Positions 36,816-47,483 of a stretch of DNA of 64,000 nt are shown piece after piece. The stretch is from the NCBI GenBank assembly GCA_038087875.1, contig CM075991.1, positions 11,286,001 through 11,350,000 on the forward strand, given 5' to 3'. The DNA comes from Malacoraja senta (lineage: Eukaryota). The position numbers were made by a program, and so were the translations under genes. The notes beneath the pieces were generated by a model, which ran no database searches, was not told the DNA's origin, and saw only the letters and a program-made list of their open reading frames with translations. Positions within the stretch are counted from its first letter, which is position 1. The number at the start of each line of letters is the position of its first letter.

Positions 36816-36899
36816 AACCCGACGTGCACAACCAAATAAGATCAAATAGAACAAGTTGTCCTGCAACTTTCGGCTGTCCACGCCATTCGCAAGAAGAAG
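36762..36899 (+). mobile_element. HDV-ribozyme-headed short retroposon, intact copy
   Basis: Perfect 12-bp TSD aagacacaaaca at 36750-36761 and 36900-36911; (aag)n tail; 4 related copies in the window. Confidence 0.9.
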
Positions 36900-38869
36900 A
36901 AGACACAAACAAACTGCCCAAACGTTGATGCAGAACATATGTCTCAAGCCAGACATACAGGATGAGGATTCCCAGAGATACTGGATTAACCCCCGCAGAA
37001 TCCTGATCCAGGTACTGAATAAATCCTCTGTTTTACCCGGCTTCACGATCTTCATCCAGATGTTTCAATCCTAAAATATACCAACCAACGTCCCTTCCAT
37101 TGACTCCATCTACACCTCACGCTGCCTCGGCAAAGGCCAGCAGCATCATCAAGGACGAGTCGCACCCCGGCCACTCCCTCTTCCCTCCTCTCCCATCGGG
37201 CAAGAGGTGCAGAGGTGCAGAGGTGTGAAAACGCACACCTCCAGATTCAGGATAGACACAAAATGCTGGAGTAAGGGGCCTGTCCCAATTACGCGACTTT
37301 ATCGGTGACTTTCCGGCACCCGTCATAGTCGCAGCAGGTGGCCGGAAATTTTCAACATGTTGAAAATCCATCGGCGACCAGAAAAAGGTACGACTCTTTG
37401 GGCGACTACTCACGGCCAAACAGGCGTCACCCCGCGACAGGTCAAATGCCTTGGTGTAAGTATAAAGAAAATTGTCCCCAGTGTGGGGTGGTGTTAGTGT
37501 GCGGGGATCGCTGGTCGGTGCGGACTCATTGGGCCAAAGGGCCTGTTTCCGCGCTGCTATCTCTAAACTAAACCTCAACCGTCAGGAATTCTTCAACTAA
37601 CCCCATCCACTCACGGAGAGTGGTGAGTCTGTGGAATTCTCTGCCTCAGAGGGCGGTGGAGGCCGGTTCTCTGGATGCTTTCAAGAGAGAGCTAGATAGG
37701 GCTCTTAAAAATAGCGGAGTCAGGGGATATGGAGAGAAGGCAGGAACGGGGTACTGATTGGGGATGATCAGCCATGATCACATTGAATGGCGGTGCTGGC
37801 TCGAAGGGCCGAATGGCCTACTCCTGCACCTATTGTCTATTGTCTATTGTCATTGAGCAGTCGGTGTCCATTGCCCTTGGTGTTGTTGCTGTTGCTGGGA
37901 TCTTGCTGTGCCTAATCAGCAGATGCTGCCCAAGTTGTCTGAAGGCGGAAGAGTGCACGAAACATCTAGTAATGGTTCCGAGCAACCCGATACAGCATTT
38001 AGGTCCAGAGCCAGTTTCTTTATATCATTAGGGCTGCGGTCCATGTGCAAGGTAAATCAATCATCCCATTACTGTGCAAATGGATGTAATTTAAGTGTAG
38101 CAGTCGGCACCAGGGGATGCACTGCACTGCGCTGAGCCGAGTGTCTCCGCATTGATGACAAATAATAAAATCAAACTGGACACCAATCAGTTTGGGGCCT
38201 CCGACAATCGACAAGTGTTGCTGGACCTGACCTTCACCGTTGGGTAGAGAGTGAGGTTGCGGACAGCTGGGGCGTTGGCAGTTTGCTTCCCCTCACCGCT
38301 CCCGTGCCCCAGTCAGATGTGAGTCCTGGTGACATCCCCCGAGCTGAAGCAATCCATCCCACAGCTGCGGAGAATGAAACACGATAGGCCCTCACCGTTG
38401 TAAACGATCCCACTGACTGGCCTCTCATTACTCCCCTCTCATGACAGTAATGGAGGGGGGAGGGGGATGGGGGGGGATATCAACCCTGGTTTAGTGGCCC
38501 CCCCTGGTCTCATATCCGTTCCAATCCCACTCCAGAGAAGTTCAGCTTTCAAAGGTTCTTCTGTCAAGTCCAGAGACTTAAGCGCGGAGGGTTAACCCAG
38601 ACTAGCCTTCTGAGCAGAGTGCCGCCCGCCTTACGAAAGGTCAACTCAGGCAGCTGTTTGTGTGAATATTTATATCATTCCACAACACTGAAGGATTCCC
38701 AGACGGACGAGGAGCAAGGCAGGTGGGAGAGGGATGCTGGGTCTGGCTCACCGTGCCCTCACTGTCGGCTGTGGGAGGCTCCCCGCCCCCCCTGGGGTAC
38801 GGAGGAGGACGGGCGAGGAGAGGGACGTGGGTTTGCTGGTCAATCCACACGTCCAAGGAAGGTGATGGC

Positions 38870-39190
38870 TGGAGGGGTGGAGAGGGGGGGATGGAGGGGG
38901 GGAGTGGGGGGGAGGAGGGGGAGGGGGGAGAGTGGGGGGGGGAGTGGGGGGTGGAGGAGTGGGGGGGGAGGGGGGAGGGGGGAGGGGGGTGGGGGAGGGG
39001 GGAGGGAGTGGGGGGAGGGGGTAGGGAGTGGGGGGGATTGGGGGTGGGTGGGGAGTGCGGTGGGGTGGGGGGAGTGGGGGTGGCTGGGTGTGGGGTGTGG
39101 GGTGGGGAGTGGGGTGGGGGTGGGGGGAGTGGGGGAGTGGGGTGGGGGTGTGGGGTGTGGGGGTTGTGGGGGGTGTGGGGGGTGGGGGGG
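38870..39190 (+). repeat. G-rich low-complexity tract (gggagt/ggggt variants)
   Basis: Dense runs of three or more G on the plus strand. Confidence 0.9.
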
Positions 39191-40754
39191 TAACCATGAT
39201 AGTTCAAACCCCAAGTCCGTAGTGCAACAAAAGACAGGTTATAAGGGATCACAGTTGCTGAGGTTAGTGTTGTGCTGTGTTTCAGGAGCGTGATGGTTGT
39301 GGGGAAGAAGCTGTCCCTGAACCTGGTGGCGACGGTTTTCAGACCAGCTTGTTTATTGAAGAGAATTCCCAGACGTGAGTGAATATATCAGGTCATAACC
39401 AGGAAGTGTGTCAATAGCAGAGGTCCCTGCTGGGGTATGGCTTTCAAAGGTCAGGTCCAGAAAGTGCATTGTAATTGTACAGCTCCCTGTGGCTTGTGCC
39501 TGAATTGCCAGCGCTCACTGTGACACAGGCCACCCTGTGGGTGTGCGATAGTATTGTTCATAAATGATAGGAGCAGAATTAGGCCGCTCGGCCCATCAAG
39601 TCTACACCACCATTCAATCATGGCTGATCTATTTCTCACTCCTAGCCCCATCCTCCTGCCTTCTCCCCATAAATTAAATACCAGCATGGCGATTGCCTTC
39701 TTTACTAGCGATTCGACTTGCTGCGGTTCACAGCTGGTTTACGTGTGGGTTGTGTGTGTCTGGTTGTATCGACGTTCAAGGGAATTCACTGTGAATGTGC
39801 CAATAATCCAGGAACCCATGAAGACAATCTTGTGCCCCACACTACCAGCGGAGAGTTGCTTCATCCTTCAGTCACAAGTTATACGAGTAGAATTAGGCCA
39901 TTCAGCCCATCAAGTCTACTCCGCCATTCAATCATGGCTAGTCTCTGCCTCCTAATCCCATTTTCCTGCCTTCTCCCCATAACCCTTGACACCCGTTCTA
40001 ATCAAGAAATTGTCTACCTCTGCCTTCAAAATATCCACTCATCCGTTTCTCAGTCTGAAGAAGGGTCTCGACCCGAAACGTCACCCATCCTTTCTCTCCA
40101 GAGATGCTGCCTGTCCCGCTGAGTCACTCCAGCATTTTGTGTCTATCTTCGGTGTAAACCAGCACCTGCAGTTCCTTCCTGCACGCTTCATCCCGACTGT
40201 GTCTTGAGCTTTCAGCTTCTGCGGAACTGCCTGCAAACTGCGCCTGGACTCGAATAGACTGATCGCCTGTCCTGAACATCACCCTTTACTGCCAGTGTCC
40301 TCAAAAGGGAGGATTCCCAAAAAGTTAATTTTGCAACTCAAATCGGTAGTAAGGAAACGCAATGCTCGCATTTATTTCAGGCCAGAATACAAAAACAGGG
40401 ATAGAAACATAGAAACGTAGAAAATAGGTGCAGGAGGAGGCCATTCGGCCCTTCGAGCCAGCACCACCATTCATTGTGATCATGGCTGATCGTCCCCTAT
40501 CAATAACCCGTGCCTGCCTTCTCCCCATATACCTTGACTCCACTAGCCCCTAGAGCTCTATTTAACTCTCTCTTAAATCCATCCAGTGACTTGGCCTCCA
40601 CTGCCCTCTGTGGCAGGGAATTCCATAAATTCACAACTCTCTGGGTGAAAACGTTTTTCTCACCTCAGTCTTAAATGACCCCTTTATTCTAAGACTGTGG
40701 CCCCTGGTTCTGGACTCGCCCAACAGGATGTAATGCTGAGGCTTTATAAGGACA

Positions 40755-41163
40755 GTGGGCAGGTGCTATAGACCTGCACGGGAAGGTAGACGCTCCCGCC
40801 CCCACGAGTCTCGGGCAGATGGGGCTCGTCAGCCTGGGAAGGCAGTCCATTTAAAACCTCCACTGCCTTGTGGCCATAATCCAGTCATGGAAAAGGCCCC
40901 AGGAGTAAACCTCAAGAAAATCCGGAGTCGGAGCCCCCAAGGGAGTTCGTCGTTGTCTACAACCTCTCTCTGGCAGCTCCTGAGACGGCGCTGGTGCCAA
41001 ACTGTGACGGCCCTGCTGTTCCTTTGGATCGATCAGCGACGTGGAGAGGGGGGGACGTGCTGCATGGGCAACAGCCTGTCCCCCATATGACATCGCCCAG
41101 GCTTGCATCCGACCAGGATGCTTCATCACCCATGGACAGTCATGACCGAGAGGGGCCTACTAC
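40755..41163 (+). mobile_element. Non-autonomous RTE-like retroposon nested in CR1
   Basis: Segment gggaaggcagtcc...aaacctccactgccttgtggc...atggaaaaggc...aaaatccggag resembles recalled RTE 5' UTRs; (tac)n tail; it splits a CR1 ORF2 fragment. Confidence 0.55.
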
Positions 41164-42096
41164 TTTAAGGTCCAGACCGCATTTGGAGAATTGTGAGCAA
41201 TTCGGAGCCTCAGATCTGAGGAAGGATGTGCTGGCCCTGGAGAGGGTGCAGAGGAGGTATCCGAGAATGATCCCGAGAATTAGTGGGTTAACCTATGATG
41301 AGCATTTGACAGCACTGGGCCTGTACTCGCTGGAGTTTAGAAGGAGGAGGGGGCACGTTATTGAGACTTACCGAATAGTGAAAGGCTTGGATAGAGTGGA
41401 TGTGGAGAGGATGCTTTCACTAGTGGGAGAGTCGTCACAGCCTCAGAATAAAAAGACGTTCCTTTAGGAAGGAGATGAGGAGGAATTTCTTTAGTCAGAG
41501 GGTGGCGAATCTGTGGAATTCTTTGCCGCAGAAAGCTGTGGAGGCCGTCAATGGATATGTTTAAGGGAGAGATAATTATATTCTTGATTAATACGGGTGT
41601 CGGGGGTTATGGGGAGAAGGCTATAGAATGAGAGGGAAAGATAGATCAGCCATGATTGAATGGCGGAGTAGACTTGATGGGCCGAATGGCCTAATTCTGC
41701 TCCTATCCCGTATGAACTTACGAACCTATGAGCTACACACTTAATGGGCAATTTTATGCCAGAAAGATGGATATCACTTCAGGGAATTACACTCCCATCT
41801 CCGACAGGAACAAATGCAAAACTCTGATAACCCAATCTAATTGAAACTGTCCCTTGGCTCAGTTGATGGATATTTCTGGATGAGAGGTAGTGATGGGGAA
41901 CATTGCTACGCTCGGTGTGTGCCAGCTGATATTTAATCCCACTTCAGCACTTCTAGTTTGCTGAACATTCCCCGAGTCGACAAGCAAACATTGGCGCGCT
42001 CCCATGCCTCTGCCCTGCAGAAGTTGGCACTGATCCATGCACCCGCCCTAGTGCCCACTACGCCGTCACAAATACCATCATAAATTTGTGGGCGTA

Positions 42097-42373
42097 CACA
42101 GCGCCGGAGACCCGGGTTCGATCCCGACTACGGGTGCTGTCTGTACGGAGTTTGCACGTTCTCCCCGTGACCTGCGTGGGTTTTATCCGAGATCTTCGGT
42201 TTCCTCCTACACTCCAAAGCCATACAGGTTTGCAGGTTAATTGGCTTGGTAAATGTGTAGATTGTCCCTAGTGTGTGTAGGATAGTTTTTAGTGTGCGAA
42301 AATCTCCGGGCGGTGCCCACTTGGTGGGCCGAAGGGCCTGTTCCTGCGTTGTATCTCTAAACTAAACTAAAAC
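42097..42373 (+). mobile_element. HE1-like SINE
   Basis: B-box, V-domain and (ctaaa)n tail. Confidence 0.85.
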
Positions 42374-43015
42374 TAACCCTTGAAACCATGCTGACCATTA
42401 GCCTTCTCCGCCTGCACTCGGAAGTGAAACCGATCATTGCTCTTGAGAGAAGATGGACACAAACTGCTGGAGCAAGTCAGCGGGACAGGCAACATCTCTG
42501 GAGAGAATAGAAACATAGACAATAGGTGCAGGAGTAGGCCATTCGGCCCTTCGAGCCTGCACCGCCATTCAATATGATCATGGCTGATCATCCAACTCAG
42601 TATCCTGTACCTGCCTTCTCTCCATACCCCCTGATCCCTTTAGCCACAAGGGCCACATCTAACTCCCTCTTAAATATAGCCAATGAACTGGCCTCAACTA
42701 CCTTCTGTGGCAGAGAATTCCACAGATTCACCACTCTCTGTGTGTGAATTTTTTTTTTCTCATCTTGGTCCTAAAAGACTTCCCCCTTATCCTTAAACTG
42801 TGACCCCTTGTTCTGGACTTCCCCAACATGGGGGCCTGACTGCTGGGTTACTCCAGAATTTTGTGTCTATCTTCACAGCGGAGATGTTGGAAGCTTGGAA
42901 CCGACGCATGGTCTCAGAATAAGTGTGTGGGAGATGGGAGGGGGAAGCTACTTGTGAAGCACAAGGGTGTCGACCTTTGACAGGGTTGTGGGTGCTCCGT
43001 GAAGGGCAGATATAT

Positions 43016-43298
43016 GGGCGGCGCAGCGGTAGAGTTGCTGCCTTACAGCGCCAGGGACCCGGGTTTGATTCTGACTGCTGGTGCTGTCTGTATGGAGTTT
43101 GCAGGTTCCCCTTGTGTCTGCGTGGGTTTCCTCTGGGTGCTCCGGTTTCTTCACACATTCCAAAGACGTGCATGGTCTTGTTTGCAGGTTGGATTGGCCT
43201 CTGTAAATTGTCCCTAGTGTCCACAATAGAACTAGCATACGGGTGATGGCGGACCCGGTGGGCCGAAGGGCCTGTTTCCACGCTGTATCTCTAACCTA
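43016..43298 (+). mobile_element. HE1-like SINE
   Basis: tRNA head, V-domain and tail. Confidence 0.85.
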
Positions 43299-44983
43299 AA
43301 GGAGTCAGGGTTATGAGGACCAGGGAAGAATGTGGTCTCGAGGCACTTGCTCTACCGCACGTATACAGGAGAGCAGGGTCGTGGGATGGGAATGGTGCTA
43401 TATAAATGCAATTCGTTTCTCTTTGCAAAGTAACACTGTTCAGAAACAGGCCATTCGGCCCTGCCAAATCCATACTAGGTGTTGTCTTTCTGTCCCTCTC
43501 CCTTCCGTGTCACGCGAAGCAGAATTATATTTTTCCCCCTCATTATCTTGCCTGGAAAGCCCAAAAAATCTTGTGGCTGCTCTTGTGAAATTTATTAAAA
43601 TGTAAACATATCTGTTGAAATGCTCATGTAAATGAGGACTTGTCCAACACTCACAGGCTCAGGAAGTTTATGTGCCATCTTTTTGGGATATTTCAAATTT
43701 AATTCTGAGAGTATTGTTTGCCGAATAGTTTTGCTGCACCTTGCATAAATGTTGTTATTGGAATGTATTAACGTGTTCTGAATAGGCAGATCTTTCCTTG
43801 AAGATAATCCCAGACCAGGGAGAGTAAAAACACAATCATCTTGTCTCTGTCTGTGGACTTGTCCCCATGGGCTGTGCCTCAGTAATCGCACCATTCCCCT
43901 TCCCTTAACAATGAATTATTCTGTTTTAAAAGAAAAGAATTTAAGGGCAGCATAAATTTAAATTTTACGCTTGACTTTGCAATGAGACTTGAGAGGACTC
44001 ATTAATTCAATGCCCATCTCCGAATAAATATGTCTCTCACCCCCACTATCTCTGAGCTCCGCGTTTTGCTACGCATTTAATTGCACCTGGTTCACTGTAA
44101 TCGCACATCTTAGATGTTGCCTGATGAATTAACCAAAGAATGCAAGATTCACCCTGTTATCGCTTGGGAGATGGAAGGGAAAAAAAAGTGAAACATGTTT
44201 TCTATTTCCTGTCACTGCTAACCATTGATCCCAACTCTGCGAGCTGTCAGTTTCGAAAACCTCTATGTACGTGTGATAAAACGCTGCTTGTTACCTCAGT
44301 TTGGCAACAGATTTGGGTTTGATATTTACATGATCATCTGAGATTCGTTTTGGGGTACCTCTGATACCTTGAATTGGTTCAGAAGGAACTGCAGATGCTG
44401 GAAAAATCGAAGGTAGATAAAAATGCTGGAGAAACTCAGCGGGTGAGGCAGCATCTGTGGAGCGAAGGAATAGGTGACGTTTCCGGGTCGAGACCACTTC
44501 TTCAGGCTCTGTACCTTGTAGACCCGCGCAAACTGGCAACGCATTTGAGAGGCTTGGAAAAGATTCCTGACCCCTGTCTCTTTGCTGGATAAATCCACAC
44601 ACATGAGAAGGAGAAATGTTAGTCCCTTTATCCTGTATCTCCACACTGTGGATGCCTTCATTGTAATCATGTATAGCCTTTTCGCTGACTGGATAGCGGC
44701 AAAAACAACAAAAAACGTTTCACTCTACCTCGGTACACGTGACATTAATAAACTAAACTAAAAATTAGTTTAGGTCGAAGATACGCTCAAAAAGCTGGAG
44801 TAACTCAACGGGTCAGACAGCCTCTCTGGAGAAAAGGAATAGATGACATTTTGGGTCGAGACTCTTCTTCGGACTGAGAGTCATTGGAAGGGAAACAAGA
44901 GATATAGACGACGGTGTATTGATATTGATTAGTAGGACTGGATGTTACAATCCCTAAGGTTTTTCACTCCAATTGACATTTGG

Positions 44984-45281
44984 AAATTGGAGGAAATGCA
45001 CCTCATATTCCGCTTGGGCAGTCTACATCCTGGGGGCTTGAACATCGAATTCTCCCAATTCTGCTAGCCCTTGCTGTCCCCTCCCCTTCATCAGCCCTCT
45101 GGTTGTCTCCTCCCCTCCCCCAGCCCTCGGGCTCCTCCTCCGCCTTTTTTCCTTTTTTCCTTTCTTCTCCCCACCCCCTGTCAGTCTGAAGAAGGGTTTC
45201 GGCCCGAAACGTTACCTATTTCCTTCGCTCCATAGATGCTGCTGCACCCGCTGAGTTTCTCCAGCATTTTTGCGTACCTTC
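44984..45281 (+). mobile_element. Penelope-like element 3' end (GIY-YIG C-terminus plus hammerhead-like motif)
   Basis: KLEEMHLIFRLGSLH; ctgaagaagggtttcggcccgaaacgtt; 10-bp TSD tgacatttgg at 44974-44983 and 45282-45291. Confidence 0.85.
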
Positions 45282-45299
45282 TGACATTTGGTATTCCTG

Positions 45300-45660
45300 G
45301 GGATGACCACTAGGTGATTTTGCTACCTCAACGTCACTGGGTGCTTCGGCCTTTTATCACAAGACACCCTCAGTCGAGGCAGGCCCACCGCAGGGTGATC
45401 AGCCCTGGGTGTGTGTCTTATGGTCACGTGGCAGCCCAGACAGCATCTTTCCTCTTCAGCCACAGCCAGTGACTGCTCCATTCGGCTTTTTTCCCCTTCC
45501 ATCTTCCTCTCTACCGCTGACTGTGGCTGGTTGGGCTCTGGACTCGTGTCCGTTGGTGGGACAGTACTTGGTTGAGCTTCGCCTGGGCTGCTGATACCCT
45601 GTGGACTGTGGTGGTTAACCTGCCACTGGGCTTCACTCGACTGATTTGGCCCTACCTCTT
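45300..45660 (-). mobile_element. Hero/R2-superfamily-like non-LTR remnant
   Basis: EKAEWSSHWLWLKRKDAVWAAT* at 45424-45492, followed by a structured 3' UTR (gagggtgtc...ccgaagcaccc). Confidence 0.5.
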
Positions 45661-46079
45661 AGTGTAGAGAGATATGGAACAAATGAATGAAAGATATGCA
45701 AAAAAGTAACGTTGATCAAGGGAGCAAGCCATTTTGTGTCTATGTTCAGTGTAAACCAGCATCTGCAGTTCCTTCATACGCTATACAATACCTACCTCGA
45801 CAACGGAACACCATTGACCACCCTTCTTGAACTACCATGGAGTTTAGGATGAAACAGCAGATGCTGGTATAAACCGAAAGTAGACACAAAAAGCTGGAGT
45901 AACTCAGCGGGACAGGCAGCATCTCTGGAGACAAGATACAAGAGAGAGAGAGACACAAGAGAGAGACATGTATTGTCACATGCATCAATTGGTACAGTGA
46001 AATTTGGGGTCACCATACAGCCAGACAAATACAAATCAGAACAGAACACGATAGTCTTTAACATAAACATCTATTGTCA

Positions 46080-46544
46080 ACGCTCAAAATGTGGATTGCA
46101 AGTATGTTGGATACCGCACATCTTGAGGAAATGCGATTCCTCCTAATAGATAAATTTGACCAATTCATAACGAGTTGGTCTCCATTTGTCGTCTTTTTGG
46201 AAATGTATGGTGCAAAACAGGTGTAAAAGCTAATCTGTGACTGGGGATGGTCAAGATTATAAATGATCTCCTATTTTCTTTTCTTCTCTTCTCTTCTTTT
46301 ATTCTCTTTCTTCTATTTTCTATGTCTCAACTTTCTTTTTTCACTCTCTATTTTTCTTTTTCACACACTATATATCTCACATTTTTCTATTTTTCATTAT
46401 CTAACTTTTTTCTTTTTCTTCTTTATTACAAATTTTTTTTTAAATAAGCTGTACATAAAAGGTATTATGAAAATATGATGTATACAATTGTACTTACTTC
46501 TAATAAAATTAAAATATATATTTTTTTAAATTAAAAAAAAAAAA
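46080..46544 (+). mobile_element. 5'-truncated L1
   Basis: TLKMWIASMLDTAHLEEMRF..WSPF, T-rich UTR and A-tail; 15-bp TSD aaacatctattgtca at 46065-46079 and 46545-46559. Confidence 0.9.
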
Positions 46545-47103
46545 AAACATCTATTGTCACAGTGGGAAACTTTGATTCCGCTGTGTGGGAAGGCCCAAAG
46601 TTCAGTCATCCTCCCCTTTGATGTTCTTTGATGTGAGAGAAGGAATGGGCGAGGCCCTTCTCTCGACCCGAAACGTCACCCATTCCTTCTCTCCAGAGAT
46701 GCTGCCTGTCCCTCTGAGTTACTCCAGCATTGTGTGTCTATCTTTGAACTACCGTGACCTTGTTTTCTTGTGGGTTTTGCACTGATGCCTTGTTTTCTGC
46801 AGGGTTTTTCTTTGTTCTGTTTCGTAGAACGGACGTGAAATTTATTTATGATTTATGTATGTTTTTGTGCGAGGACTGGCAATTTCATCTCCTACCTCAT
46901 TGTACAAGTGCACGGCAATAAATTCAACTTGACTTGACCCTGCAAAGACATTGAGTACTGATTGAATGAAGCATATATAATTCACATTGATTAAAACATA
47001 TTAGATCTTGAGAAAAGGATGTGGTGAAGAAGTTTCCTCTTGGGGTACAAAATAATATCTGAGAATTTATGACGGAGATGAAGCAAAAACGTTCCTTCAG
47101 CAG

Positions 47104-47483
47104 AATCCATTCCGAATCTGACCTTTCTGTCCTGGGCCTCCTCCATGGCCAGAGTGAGTCCCACTGCAAATTGGAGGAGCAGCACCTCATATTTCGCTTG
47201 GGTAGTTTACACCCCAGCGGGATGAACATTGACTTCTCCAATTTCAGGTAGTCCCTGCTTTCTCCCTCCTTCCCCTCCCCTTCCCAGCTCTCCCACAGCC
47301 CACTGTCTCCGCCTCTTCCGTTCTTCTTCCCACCTCCCCCACCCCCACATCAGTCTGAAGAAGGGTCTCGACCCGAAACGTCACCTATTCCTTCGCTCCA
47401 TAGACGCTGCCTCACCCGCTGAGTTTCTCCAGCATTTTTGTCGACCTTCGATTTTTCCAGCATCTGCAGTTCCTTCTTGAACT
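47104..47483 (+). mobile_element. Penelope-like element 3' end (GIY-YIG C-terminus, pyrimidine tract, hammerhead-like motif)
   Basis: SDLSVLGLLHGQSESHCKLEEQHLIFRLGSLHPSGMNIDFSNF; motif at 47355-47382; TSD cttcagcag at 47095-47103 and 47484-47492. Confidence 0.88.

Noticed and set aside
37852..38031. Transmembrane-like peptide SIALGVVAVAGILLCLISRCC
   Set aside because: The ORF starts in a CR1 tail and has no convincing splice structure or partner exons.
38619..39293. Gly- and Pro-rich ORFs
   Set aside because: Translations of a G-rich low-complexity tract.
40755..40850. Possible HDV-like ribozyme at the 5' end of the RTE-like insert (also checked at 15200-15270)
   Set aside because: Only simple hairpins found; I could not assign P1/P2/P3 in HDV order.
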